The position numbers and the translations under genes were made by a program. A DNA stretch of 64,000 nucleotides from Octopus sinensis (taxonomy: Eukaryota), in NCBI RefSeq assembly GCF_006345805.1, contig NC_043011.1:65298464-65362463 (forward strand), given 5' to 3'. The notes under the pieces were generated by a model. That model was not told the DNA's origin. It searched no databases and worked only from the letters and a program-made list of their open reading frames with translations. This document shows, in pieces, positions 12,817 through 26,145 of this stretch (position 1 is its first letter; each line of letters begins with the position of its first letter).

Positions 12817-13992
12817 GTGATTATAGAAGTTCTGAAGATCTAAATTATTTAATTGGTGACATTTATTAAAGTTGTTACAAGACTTAACTTCACTTGTTAA
12901 TATTTGGAAATTTACTAAAATATTGTACCGGGCGTATCTCTTCATCTTTTTGCGTAATTCGTTACACATATCAAATTTATACCTAGAAGGACCTATAGTT
13001 TCATAAAAAGTATTGTTTCCCTGTTTTTATTACAACCTTCCACTCTTATCAATGTTGAGGTATATGCGTCGTTAGAAACATTAACTGGAAAAGCAAGATA
13101 CACATAAAGGATGAAATGATAGAAGTGTACGAAAGATTTTACATGGGATGAGAAGAAAGAAAGCCTGAAGTAAGATATTTCGTGGAATCGCCTCGAAGTT
13201 TAGAGCAAATAATCAAAGAAACTCGGTATATATTATAAGAATGCGTTCATTGGTACTATATAACTGGAGAAATACAATTCCGTTCGATAGAAAATAATGA
13301 TACACACTCAAACACACACATACATTAGCATGCGATATACAGACGGAGACAAATTAGTCCCGTGTCTCAATATGATGTGTTTAATCAAGCTTTCAATTAA
13401 TATGTAAGATTAGACCAGGAACAGCAATTTCGCTATAGTTACTGCGGCGGATTATTATTGGACGCTACTTTATGAGAGGCATGATAAATCACAAAGAGTG
13501 ATAATGTCAGAAATGAAAGACACCACAATGTACCACACACATACACACACAACAAAACCGTAAAAGTATAACAAAAGTATAACAGTGAGAAGATTAAAAC
13601 TGTTTGCACGTCTTACACATTCGCAAGTTCAAAGACATTCACCCAGATTGCTAAGTTAACCCCAAGATATACACATACACGGGCATGCATACTTTACCCA
13701 TGTATTTAAATGGAATGTTTTATCACAGGATAGGAGGTGTAAACGTGTAACACAGGATGAGAAGTGGTAAGGACGTGGACATATTCGGATATAGTTCACA
13801 CAATGTGAAGAAATTATATATAGTTGTTCATCGATTAAGCAATTTATTAGTTATCTAATGATAGAAGATTAATCATAAATGTTGCGGCTGGAGATCCACC
13901 ATCTATTACAAGTGTATCAATTTCAAATAAATTTTTCACATGATGGTTTTACAGCAATTATTAAATCTCAATATTTATGCCATATAATCAGT

Positions 13993-14069
<77 letters not shown>

Positions 14070-15280
14070 ACACATAATTGGTCACACGGTCACATGTAAA
14101 ATCTGATTTTCGTATATATAGTTGCAATGGCGAAAGACTGGATAATAATAACAATGGAAAAATTTCAAATAAACAGAACAAAATACACCAATATTTAGTA
14201 CCACCTTCTCAGAGACCCTACCAATAAAATCTGCTATATTTGTCCCCAACAAAAGAATGTCCTCAACAATGTCGTACTACAATCTTTTTGAAAGCATATC
14301 CGCCATCGCCGCTGCTCAAACCACGCAGCGTGTAGTAAGCGTGACGGGATAGAAGTTAAATAGATCAAAGTTGCAAAGCCATTAAAAAGAGAAACAAGAA
14401 AGAGCAGATCGAACCGCTGTTAGATACCAACAGATAGATGCCTCCTAACGACCATGCACCACCACCAAGGAGAACAGCGTCTACATCATGAATATACACT
14501 CCATCATCTCCACCCACCACTCCACTATCGGCACTATCACAGGTATATGCACAATCAAATTTATAAACAAATCTGATTACATCACACAACATAAACAACA
14601 GTAAGAAATTGCAAGATGCACACCCAGAAACACAGACAATTATAATCTAATTAATTATATACAGAAACATATAAACAGCGCAATAAACACCCCGAATAAG
14701 TTAAAGCCTATGAGTTAAAACTAAACGAAATATGTACGGAGCTGCTCGTGAAATACCTACAGTTTGCATCAAAGACAAACGACCCACCTATCTGCAGAAA
14801 CAAAATAACCGGCTGCTTTATGCCACTTTTCAAAAATGCATTTCATCAGAATATACGTACATGAGCCTAGAGTCGATCTGGAAGGACAGCTGTCTACTCC
14901 AAAAGGTCAGGCTACTAAATTTAGCTGAGATGCCATCAACGAGACCTCAGTTTCGGATCAGTTTGGAGTTTTGACTTTGATACAATATTTAGTTCCATAA
15001 ATTATCTTTTGTTTATATTAAATCATTTCCGGCTCTATACATCATATACCTGTTGAGTACTGATTCCAAAGTTATAGACCTACCCTCTAACAGGAAAATA
15101 TTGGTCATTGCAGAAATTCGAAATTGCAACGAGACAACCCGGTGGAGTTGATAACACCCGGGATATATTATTTATCATAATTTCATCGGAGATACGTCCT
15201 CAGTTAATGATATTCAGTAGAGGTCGATTTCATTTTGTAGGCTTTCTGGATGATATAATAACTACCGGTTGAGGACGAGG
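9929..15280 (+). repeat. Left arm (A) of an inverted segmental duplication
   Basis: Collinear inverted homology to 38288-52646 (e.g. 11717-11980 vs 49262-49552; 10725-11111 vs 51418-51660; 14365-14598 vs 38949-39200; 13620-13870 vs 41870-42130). Confidence 0.9.
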
Positions 15281-15439
15281 TCTACTCCAAAAGGTCAGGC
15301 CACTAAATTTAGCTGATGTGCCATCAACGAGACCTCATTTTCTGATCAGGTAGGAGTTTCGTCGTTCATACAATAATTAGTTCCATAAATTATCTTTTGT
15401 TCATATTAAATCATTTCCGGCTCTATACATCATATACCT

Positions 15440-15990
15440 GAGGTCTCCCGCTTTCAGTCCCCTGTAGGGCATAGGGCGCAACGGTATGATGGATAGCTCT
15501 TGTTCAGAATGTTTGAAGTTAGCATGCTTAGAGATGGTCGGAGGGAAGGGTGAATAAAGTGCATTGCGGGATTGCGTTAGGCCTGACTGGTCTGCGATGT
15601 TTATTGGGAAAGCGAATTGCGTGTTACAATTTTACTTCAGTGTTTGGGATCTTGGAGATTTTGCCATAACCACCTTTGGTTATAATATCACTCATGATTA
15701 TAAAAGATGTCCTCAGTTGCTGATATGTTAGATATTTTAATGGAAACATCGGTGACGATGCTTTTACAGGTAAGTTCAGGCTGATTGGTTTAGTCTTTTA
15801 TATATTGCAGCAATAAATTCATGGGGTTAATGTAAATTTTGCATCTAAGTCGAGAGAGACACATCTAAGTAGTGAGCTATTCGGATATTATTTCCATAGG
15901 ATTTAGTAATGTTATAATTTTCAAAGTTACGTCGATGGAGATCCAAGTGTATTCGCCGAACGTTCGAGATTAAAGCAGTGGCATTGAAAA
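15440..15990 (-). pseudogene. Highly degraded PLE RT C-terminal fragment
   Basis: Minus strand near 15850-15900 reads ...RIAHYLDVS..., similar to the V-N-(F/Y)-L-D-V-T-L-D-L motif of PLE-1; many stops. Confidence 0.35.
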
Positions 15991-16169
15991 GTGTACTACG
16001 TACGTTATGGACCAAGGAAAAGGTTTACAAATTGTTGGTTAATCTGGGAATGAAAGAATAGATGAACCAGATCAGTAGCCGGGGATATACCAAACATCAA
16101 GTACGCAATCGCTGATACACTTACACATACACGCACACACATACACGCGCGCGCAGACACCCACACACA

Positions 16170-16215
<46 letters not shown>

Positions 16216-16219
<4 letters not shown>

Positions 16220-16375
16220 ACGGGCTTCTTTCAGTTTCCATCAACCAAATCCACTCACAAGGCTTTGATCAACCCGAAGCTATAGTAGAAAACACTTGCC
16301 CATGGTGCCACGCAGTGGTACTGAACCCGGAAACATGTGGTTGGTATGTAAGCTTCTTACCATACAACCAAGCCT
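16216..16375 (-). mobile_element. tRNA-derived SINE, 5' half
   Basis: Same family as 8611-8776 and 42374-42791. Confidence 0.7.
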
Positions 16376-16397
16376 ACACATTTGAGTGTGTGTGTAC

Positions 16398-16430
<33 letters not shown>

Positions 16431-16567
16431 ATTGTGTGTGTGTGTCTGTGCGTGTGTGTACGTTTAGCATATACATCGTGTATGTTTTAAGCGTCATGTA
16501 TTTGACTCGTTTATAATCAATATACATAACATTAAATTAAATTGTTAATTTATTAGGGCTTCTGACG

Positions 16568-16688
16568 TGGAGGCGCAATGGCCCAGTGGTTAGAAGAGCG
16601 GACTCGCGGTCGTACGATCACAGTTTCTATTTCCAGACCGGGCATTGCGGGCGTTTATTGAACGAAAACACCTAAAGTCCATGAGGCT
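16568..16688 (+). mobile_element. tRNA-derived SINE head (second family)
   Basis: tggaggcgcaatggcccagtggttag (A box) ... gtttctatttcc (degenerate B box); same family as 53151-53424. Confidence 0.7.
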
Positions 16689-16757
<69 letters not shown>

Positions 16758-16983
16758 GAAATATTAAAATTACTAAGTCTCTCTAAAAGAGAACAACGGC
16801 AGCGTTCCCGGAAAATAATAGTTATCGCCATACTAATATGGCATTCTTATAAAAATAAGAATAAAGCTGTCCGCTTATTAGCTCCATGAGGCCATCGCCT
16901 TAAGTTAGCTATTTGATACACAAACTGTATCCATATAACTTTTGAACAAGGGAGGTCAGTCGCTCCACACTACTTGGCCGGCA

Positions 16984-17029
16984 GCTACAGACGCGTTTCG
17001 GGGTATTGCTCCTTTTCAATGCACGTAGC
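16984..17029 (-). ncRNA. Type I hammerhead motif, U3-A8 variant, one stem II mismatch
   Basis: GUGCA-UUGAAAA-GGAG-CAAUA-CCCC-GAAA-C-GC-G-UC-UGUAGC. Confidence 0.6.
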
Positions 17030-17345
17030 CAGATCAGTAGGTGTCGCTTCTGACAATCTCTGTTCAAAGGTTTTATTTACCTAGCTTCGGTGGAATACAT
17101 CCACTTGTTTTCAATAATAGAAATATTAAAATTACTAAGTCTCTCTAAAAGATAACAACGGCAGCGTTCCCGGAAAATAATTGTTATCGCCATACTAATA
17201 TGGCATTCTTATAAAAATAAGAATAAAGCTGTCCGCTTATTAGCTCCATGAGGCCATCGCCTTAAGTTAGCTATTTGATACACAAACTGTATCCATATAA
17301 CCTTTGAACAAGGGAGGTCAGTGGCTCCACACTACTTGGCCGGAA

Positions 17346-17387
17346 GCTACAGACGCGTTTCGGGGTATTGCCCCTTTTCAATGCAGC
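17346..17387 (-). ncRNA. Type I hammerhead ribozyme, U3-A8 variant
   Basis: GCUGCA-UUGAAAA-GGGG-CAAUA-CCCC-GAAA-C-GC-G-UC|UGUAGC: 6-bp stem I, 4-bp stem II, palindromic ACGCGU stem III, GUC cleavage site between 17352 and 17351. Confidence 0.75.
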
Positions 17388-17484
17388 GTAGGCAGACCAG
17401 CAAAATTTAGATTCAAATGAATATGGTACTTAAGTAAGATGCACCAGAAATGTGTATATAAATTATCTATATAAATCCATTGGG

Positions 17485-19050
17485 TGATTATAATCAAAAT
17501 AAGCCACAAGAATAACAGTGGTAATTTGGTACGATCGTTTCACGCTACATCATTGTATTAAATGTTGTAAGTATTACAACAGATTTAAAATGCTGAGCCC
17601 TCATCAGCCATTAATAGGGGTTTTCCATTAATACATAAATTTTCATATCAATTGATAACATCATAGAGAAGTTAGATATATAGACAAAGATGTGAATTTC
17701 AATTTTAAATACATTTAAGGTAGTGGAGTTTATCAACTGACTGAAGAATATTCAGTTGTTTTGAACTGCTAGGTGGTTTTGAGAAGAATGAACAATTGAA
17801 AAGTTACAAAATAGATTGTATTTTTATTGCAATAAGGGTGAAATAGATGTCAAAATGACATATAAAGAAATTGAGGTAGAGAGAAAAGGGTTTTCACACT
17901 AAAGATTATTTTACTACTATTTGGCAAACAGATTTAGCATTAGGAAAACTAGATTAATGTCAAATGGTTATAATAACCACTCAAAGAGAACGCACAGATT
18001 TTTTAAAACTTATATACATCAACTTTATAATTAGCTAATAGGTTTTGAGTATTTTGATACGTTGGATTAAAGGAGAAATTATAAATCTAATATTTATTCA
18101 ATTTAGAGAAAAATCAATCACTTATTATGAGTAGGCATAATACTTATTAATTGGTGACAAAATTCTTAGTAATCAAGTGAATATATTAGGGGTCAAATAT
18201 ATAGAATAGGAAAAATAGAAGAGGAGTAATCAAAGAAGAAAGATATTCGTAGCTTTAGTAGAAGGTGATTTAATAATATGAAGAGAAGTAATTTAGAAGA
18301 GTAAATTACTCAGATTTCGTAGATAGTGAATTATAATTAATGAATTAAAATATAGAATCTGTTAGAAATAATATTTACTACCCGCGGAGAGAGGCTAATT
18401 AGTTAGGTAAAAATATCCTAGGTTAATGATATATTAAGAAATGGAAGTGAGATAATCAAGGTGAACCGAGTAGTTTCTTTAGGGACATAGACTTTATACT
18501 ATTTAGTATAGGAGAATATCAAAAAAAGGGAGAATTAAATTCTAAGTTTGCAAAGATGTATTTTAGTAATCTATGTATGGTGAATTAAAAGCCAGTATGG
18601 TATATTCATTCTTATTTGGTCATAAAAATTAAAATTTGAAAATTTTAGGAATAATCACAATATTATTATTTAAAATATTTAAACGTAAGGGTTGTTCGAT
18701 GTATGCAAGATATCCTAGCTCCGAACGGTTATTTAAAAGATTTGTATTACTCCTATGATTTAAAATTTCAGATTTCCATAGAACAAATTTCCCAACCATC
18801 CCTACTATTTTTATAAAGCCGTACTTTGTTACTATATCCTATTTCAGGTTGAATTCTATGTTATTCGTTTTCACTTCCCACATTTTCTAGACAATGTTCT
18901 GCAACCTGCTTTGTGTTTGAGCCTGAAGGAGGAAACATGTATTAATTGAAAACCTGTATTAATGGCTGATGAGTGCTCATCATTTTAAAACTGTTGTAGC
19001 GTGAAACGATCGTACAAAATTGTCAAACTTATACTTGTTGCTTATTTTGT
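17485..19050 (-). mobile_element. Old degraded PLE with short inverted terminal repeats carrying hammerhead motifs
   Basis: About 17485-17636 is inverted relative to about 18938-19050; both contain CTGATGA...GAAAC-GATC-GTA (17527-17610 minus, 18963-19017 plus); the interior is AT-rich and stop-ridden. Confidence 0.5.
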
Positions 19051-19442
19051 GTACATATATATATATGACTTTATATCATAATGAAAATTGCATTTAAAAT
19101 ATTTATATATTTATATAAAATTCAAACGAAACAGCTGATGGAAGGTGTGAACGCCATTTGCACCTGCATTTTATACCTAAGCCTCACCCAGGAACCACTT
19201 GAATTTATATTTTTAAAACTGGATTTGAAACTATACTTAATATAAATTGGAATCGTCAAGATGTTGATGAACTCCGATTCAGAATCCGCACATGACAATA
19301 CACATATATTCACATATTTAACTCATATACATATATAGATGTGAATATATATATATATATAAATATATATACACGCACAAACACGAACACACACAGATAC
19401 ACACACACATACACTCACACACACATACACTCACTCACATAC

Positions 19443-19585
<143 letters not shown>

Positions 19586-22500
19586 TTCTGTGTCACAAAG
19601 GATGTGTCTGAACCCAGAATGCAACCACCACCATCTGAAGGGCACAAAACGATCACAAAATAAATATAAACTGCAACAGAGGAAATCTACGACAACAACA
19701 AGAACAAAATACAACCACGTTTCATCTCCTAAAATCAAACAACGTAGACAGAACCATGAAAAAACTATAATACAAAATAATACCAACATGAAGTATGTAT
19801 CCTCTGACCAAGTGGGAAACCAAAGTGGTAACTCTTTTTTACTGACTTACCTAGAAAATATGAAGGCCGACCTAAGCCAGGAGATCCAACGAGCTATCAG
19901 CAACCACCTATGCAAATCACAAGGACCACACACCCACTACCAACAAGAAAATCATACACACACAGCTCCATAAAAGAACTACCCACATTGTTACCACTGA
20001 ACATCATGAAATATAACTTAGAACATTGGAAACATCAAACATCCCTTACCTCCACATTCCTGTTAAATGTACGTGGCATCGACCCATCAATTATTTCCCA
20101 AAAATGGAAGATCCCATATATAGAGAGTTGGCTTGCCGAAACGGCACATTACATCCCTTTCTTTATCCTTACCGAGACACACCTGAACAACACCCTTATG
20201 GACGCCGAAATGAAAATAAAATATTCCATCATTGTTCGTGCCGATCGCACAGACCGAAATAAGGGAGGGAGAGCCATCTTTATCCATGACTCCTTTTCAC
20301 TTGATGCCAAGGACATATTTTCCAACTGCTACTGTGAATCGGTATCACTATTCAGCAAGGCCAAGGACTTAATCATTGTTGGTCTTTACAGGCCTCTCCA
20401 AGCAACTCTAAATTGCTTTGACGAGGGCCTTAGCAAAGTCAAGTCCTTCCTTCGGAAGTACCACTCCGGAAAAATACTAGTGATGGGTGATTTTAACCTC
20501 CCTCATGTGAACTGGCCCACAAATACTCTGAAGTTAGGCAAATGTTCTACATCAGATAGAAAAGCAGCAGAACTGCTCTTTAATCTAATGGATGAATACT
20601 TCCTGACTCAGCTAGTGCTCGAACCAACGAGACAGAATAAAATGATCTTGGATTTGGTATTGACGAATCACTCTAGCTTCGTTCACAGTATTTCAGTTGA
20701 AAAAACTCTCCTCTCAGACCACGACATGGTACTCTGCAATTTCAATTCCCGACATATAAAATCCAAACCAGCCATGCCCACTCCATGGCACTCATTTGAC
20801 AGCATAAACTTCCACAAATCGGAGTGGGGAGCAATCAGAAAGGATCTGTCTTCCAGCGACTGGTCTTTTACTCTCAATTCCTCCCATATTGAGACCGCGT
20901 GGCAGCACTTTGAATACATTGTCACCTATACATGCTCTAAAAACGCTCCCACGAAATCTACTAACACAAACAGAAACCGGCTCCCTAACAAGAAAAAAAA
21001 AACCCTCATCAGGCGCATCAAAAGACTCATCAACAAAAATAAACCAATTAAAATAATCCCCCACACAAAACATCCACATTTAACAACAATGAAAAGGCTA
21101 GAGCTGGAAAAACTTCTTCTGCAGACCGACATGAAAACATCCATTGAAAATCTAAGAGCTTTGGAGGAACAGTGGGTAATCAAAAACATCAAACAGAACC
21201 CAAATGTGTTATATTCTTATGCAAATAAGCATAGAATCAGTGTCTCACCCATTGGCCCATTGATTGATGATAACTGCATTCCACAACACGATGCTAAAGA
21301 AATAGCAGAAATGCTGCAGAAACAATACTGCTCTGTCTTTAGTGTTCCCACTGATTTTGACGCAAGAGAAGCGAACGAAGTTGACTCCCAACATAAAATC
21401 TCAGACACAACCTTCACTGCCACTGACATCGTAGCAGCAATAAGTGAGGTCAAATACTACACTTCTGTAGGCCCTGATAGATTCCCCGCTAGTCTCCTGA
21501 AGGAATGTAAACACCAACTTGCAGTCCCTCTGACCAACCTCTGGAGAAATTCGTTAGATGCAGGTTATAACCCGAAACAGTTTCTATCCCAGTCGGTCAT
21601 CCCGGTTTTCAAAGAGGGAAACAGATCCCTCGCAGTCAACTATCGCCCAATCTCACTCATCTCCCACATCATTAAAGTGTTTGAAAGAGTGTTAAGATCA
21701 AGGATAGCTGACTTCCTGGAGACCCACAAACTCGTAAGTGCAAATCAGCATGGCTTTCGCTGTGGCAGGGACTGTATAACACAGCTCTTACACCACATTG
21801 AAGATGTACTCAAAGACTTGGGAACAGGTTCGAACTCTGACGTCATATATCTTGACTTCAGTAAAACGTTCGACAGTGTAGACCATAATATCCTACTCTC
21901 AAAATTGGCAATTTATTAAGTATTTCCTGGCGAATAGAACACAACATGTTGTTGTTCATGGAGTCCACTCAAGCCCAGCAAAAGTCACCAGCGGTGTGCC
22001 CAAAAGGACTGTCTTGAGTCCGCTACTCTTCATAATTTACATAAACGACCTTTCCAGTGTCGTATATTACTGCAAAGTGAAAATATTTGCAGATGAGACT
22101 AAACTCCAGCAAATCGTCAATGAAGAAGCAGACCGAACTCAACTCCAGTTTGATCTATATGCTGTGAGTCAATGGGCAGACAGAAACATAATGCAACTGA
22201 ACGAGGGACAATTTGAGCTGATGCATTTGGAAGAAATTCCTCGTTAAAACAGCCATGCTCTCTTCCTTCAGCGGAACCGCTCACAGCCGCTAAAGCCTTG
22301 AAACTCTACTCCCTCAAGCACCGACGTGAGCGGTACATCATTGGTACGATGTGGAGAATATACCACCAACTTTGCCCAAACGACCTTAACATTAACTTCA
22401 AGGGTCATCCAAGACTGGGACCACGGGCCATACTGCCCCTGCCCAATTCAAGATCACAGCATACATGTACACTGCAATATAATTTCTTTTCCAAAACAGG

Positions 22501-22777
22501 CCCTGCCCTATTTAACATTGTCCTGAAAGAAATCAAAGAGAAAAAGGATCCCATCAACTTTAAACGGAAACTGGATAGATTCCTTCAAAGAATGCCAGAA
22601 AAGAAACCCATAATTGGATACACCTAACCCAACAAGAACTCACTACTTGAATGGACCATAAACAAAACTTGACTTAAACAGGATTCGAATAATTCTATCA
22701 GGTGGTGCTATTAAGTTAGATGTGGCCTCGACCAATCCTTGGTCTAAACATATCTAAGTTTATCTAAGTCTAAGTTT
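19586..22777 (+). mobile_element. CR1-clade LINE, 5'-truncated in ORF1
   Basis: ORF1 tail ([16 protein letters not shown]), ORF2 with APE and RT, 3' UTR ending in (TCTAAGT)-type short repeats. Confidence 0.85.
19910..21919 (+). pseudogene. LINE ORF2: AP endonuclease plus reverse transcriptase (interrupted; continues at 21996-22247 and 22298-22627)
   Basis: LNVRG, LTETHL, GLYRP, MGDFNLP, LDLVLTN, SDHD; YRPISL, QHGFR, YLDFSKTFDSVDH, GVP..TVLSPLLF, FADETKL. Confidence 0.9.
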
Positions 22778-22795
22778 ATATATATATATGTATAC

Positions 22796-22901
<106 letters not shown>

Positions 22902-23040
22902 GAAAGATGAATAATCTTGTAGTAGATTAATCAAAAGTTTAACCGATACCTTAGTAGCAAAAATCACAGCAGTGAACAGCACGGTTGGAGGTACAACCAT
23001 CTGGCGTTGCAACCGTGCGTTGGTGCGGATAATTGAAATT

Positions 23041-24040
23041 AAAACATTATTGGTGAATTGAAGAAATGGAGCTGAACGCAGATTGAACAGAAATCGTTTT
23101 ATTTCATTCTACACGTGTTTCGAAAGGCACAAATTACCAAAATCCGATTGAATAATGGGACCATATTGTGTCTTTCTCTTCAGGAAGAAAAAAGGAAATC
23201 CGTTGGAAAAACAAAAACAGAACAGAGGCAGAGCAAAAACAAATCGAACTGTGCTCCTAAGAGCCCATGGCGAAACTGTTTATCAGTGTATGTTGAGAAC
23301 CGGTGGCTGAAGAATTCAACAGGTCAGGCATCGGTCAAACATGTGGGTGAGGGTGTATAGATGTTCTTTGTGACCGAGAATAAAGTTCTGACTATTTAAA
23401 GAATATTGGATGTTTTATAAGGGGCGAGAAAAAATCTACTTAGAGACGTGTGTGTGTGTATACTGTTCTATATATGTGTGTGTTGGCGTAGGGGTAGAAA
23501 ACATTTTTTGTGTACGTGTGTGCGTTTGATCGTTCGGCTGACAGTGGCTACTGCCGTGATAACCGTTGGGTGGCAGAAAGAAAAAAAATAAAGAAATTAT
23601 ATATATATATTTTATGTTTTATGTGTGTGTGTGTGTGTTCATCTAAGCCTACCTTGACAAGGAAACCCCCCGCTGTGAAAAAACAAGCCCCGTTTGTCTT
23701 ACAGGAGTAATTTCACTTGCAGTGGTTAATTGTAGATATCTTAAAATCTATTTCAGAATTTGTGACCTGTTGAATTCTTCAGCCACCGGTTCTCAACATA
23801 CACTGATAAACAGTTTCGCCATGGGCTCTTAGGAGCACAGTTCGATTTGTTTTTGCTCTGCCTCTGTTCTGTTTTTGTTTTTCCAACGGATTTCCTTTTT
23901 TCTTCCTGAAGAGAAAGACACAATATGGTCCCATTATTCAATCGGATTTTGGTAATTTGTGCCTTTCGAAACACGTGTAGAATGAAATAAAACGATTTCT
24001 GTTCAATCTGCGTTCAGCTCCATTTCTTCAATTCACCAAT

Positions 24041-24048
<8 letters not shown>
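23041..24048. repeat. Apparently perfect 286-bp inverted repeat with a 436-bp spacer
   Basis: 23041-23326 equals the reverse complement of 23763-24048; identical 70-aa translations on both strands. Confidence 0.95.
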
Positions 24049-24071
<23 letters not shown>

Positions 24072-24073
24072 AA

Positions 24074-24126
<53 letters not shown>

Positions 24127-24719
24127 GTGAATATATATATATATATATATATATAAGTATATGACTACCTGGTGCGGTCTCTAGTTAGAGAATGTGCATA
24201 CATTTTAAGGGTTTTGACAGGATCTAGGCATGACATTTGCAAGTTCATAAAAATAGATTTAAGTTCATATACGTATATATTTGCGTATCGCAAAATATTC
24301 TGTCAAATTCTTTGGAATGTATTAGTTAAAGAGTGCGGAATATAATTCTAGATATATAACTGTTATTCGTAGTGAGCATATAAGCGATGTTGAAGAATTT
24401 GCCAAAGGTGGAGAGGTGTCCATGTGGATGTGCGAACATGCTTTATCTTTTGAATGTCGTTTTGTTTATTGAGCAATCACTCGGGGAAATTCATTTCACT
24501 AATATTTAAACTGTTCTGTATTGATATCAGATGGAATTACGTCGATCCATTCAATGTTACACCGTTCCTGCATGAAATCGTCTGTGAGATAATCATTAAG
24601 AGACATGTTAAATATGAAACTGAAATATGACGTATTACATTTAATGTAACTCGGAAAGGATTACCTTCTCTTCTACAATATTACTGTTTGTAACCTATAT
24701 TGTAGTGTAGAGGATATAA

Positions 24720-24910
24720 GGCGGCGAGCTGGCAGATGCGATTGCACGCCGGGCGAAATGCGTAGCCGTATTTCGTCTGCCGTTACGTTCTGGGTTCAAA
24801 TTCCGCCGAGGTCCACTTTGCCTTTCACACTTTCAGGGTTTAGAAGTTAAGTACTTGTTTCGCACTGATGTCGATGTACTTGACTTAATCCCTTTGCCTG
24901 TCCTTGTTTA
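24720..24910 (+). mobile_element. tRNA-derived SINE (third family)
   Basis: ggcggcgagctggcag...gggttcaaattccgccgagg (B box)...ctttgcctttca. Confidence 0.7.
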
Positions 24911-26083
24911 GAGGATATCTAAGTAATTCTAAACTCTAGAGATTGTCATATATCAAAGATAGATTTGTACTTGAGACAAAATGTGCCAATCTATAAAATA
25001 ATGAATAGAAAAAGCTAAACGGTTAAGTAAATATATTCCACTAAGTACATTTCAAGGTAATATAATTAAACATAATCCGATTGGTATTAACATCTTTATT
25101 TTCAATTATTAGTTAGCATTTGGCATTGAAAATTAAAATTATGAGAAACTTGTAAAACAAAGATATACGTTTAAGTTTCAGATGTTTCCTTATTCTAGGT
25201 ATTGATATATTTCAAGCGTTCAAGATCGAATCATCGAAAGGATTTAGTTGATAATGCATGCTGATTATGATTGCAACCATGTACCTATATTCAATAAATA
25301 AACCACAAATGCAGAAAGAAGAACCGGTATGTAAAAAGTCACCTGTAAAATAAATAGGAATGAATGTTAGACATAAACATTGAAAGTAGTGTCATGTGAA
25401 TTACAGAATTATGTCGATGTGTATATATTTCTATTTATTAAACGTTGTTGTGTTACACGGCATATCACTTCGGATATTTCAGGTTTGTTGTAGAAATGAG
25501 CGACGGACATAAATTTCTAAAAGAGACCACCAGAAAGAGAGCGATGGTGTCAATGACGAGTTTGCACCGATTTATAATTAAAGAAAAACAGAAAGAGAAT
25601 TATTGCGCAGGTAAAAATTGAGTCCTTGCTACTCGCCCCATGAAAAGATAGGGACTATATTGTTTAGCCCTTTTTGGCTGCTGAATATAAATGAAGGTTA
25701 ACAAAATTGCGATGAATGAAATCACATTCATGAAACCTTTTTTCGTTTATTTTTCTAACCTTATAGAGTACCAGATGTTTTAATTAGGGGTCAAAATATT
25801 TTAATAATTATTTCATCTTCTTTCTATATTCATAAATGTGTTAACATTATTAACGTATTTTATCGCAGTGATATTCAAATTCTCATACTCCAATCAGTTT
25901 GGCAGAACTGCCATCATTCCATCAATTACAAATGGATGTATTACAATAAATTATAAAAGAAAATAAAATCAATATACACGACGGCACAGTTTTTATCGAT
26001 CTCCAGGCTTTGGAACATAACACCGCGATAGTCATTTACTTTCATATTGCAACGCCAATGTAGCCAATCCTAAAAATAAGTTG

Positions 26084-26145
<62 letters not shown>

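Larger units (their letters stand above)
16752..17400 (-). mobile_element. 362-bp tandem repeat (about 1.8 units) with a hammerhead in each unit: PLE terminal repeat or non-LTR retrozyme
   Basis: ataatagaaatattaaaattac recurs at a 362-bp period; no ORF; hammerhead motifs at 16984 and 17346. Confidence 0.75.

Noticed and set aside
14890-15440. 160-bp direct repeats with GAAAC-TGAG-GTC and CTGAGGA...GAAA hammerhead-like words
   Set aside because: Stems I and II cannot be formed around a complete core in either segmental-duplication arm.
16568-16640. tRNA-like sequences at SINE heads (also 24720, 42374, 53350-53424)
   Set aside because: They have A/B boxes but no intact cloverleaf and continue into SINE bodies; not tRNA genes.
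17650-18900. AT-rich stretch resembling a NUMT
   Set aside because: No recognisable mitochondrial gene, tRNA or rRNA motif; flanking inverted hammerhead repeats favour a decayed PLE.
23750-23790. CTGAAGA...GAAA on the minus strand at the inner end of the 286-bp inverted repeat
   Set aside because: No valid stem II closing pair, stem III or NUH triplet.
24530-25610. Candidate exons (24530-24582; 25483-25610 FVVEMSDGHKF...NYCA)
   Set aside because: Open frames with AG/GT borders, but the phases do not chain and the peptides have no recognisable features; cannot be supported without transcripts.
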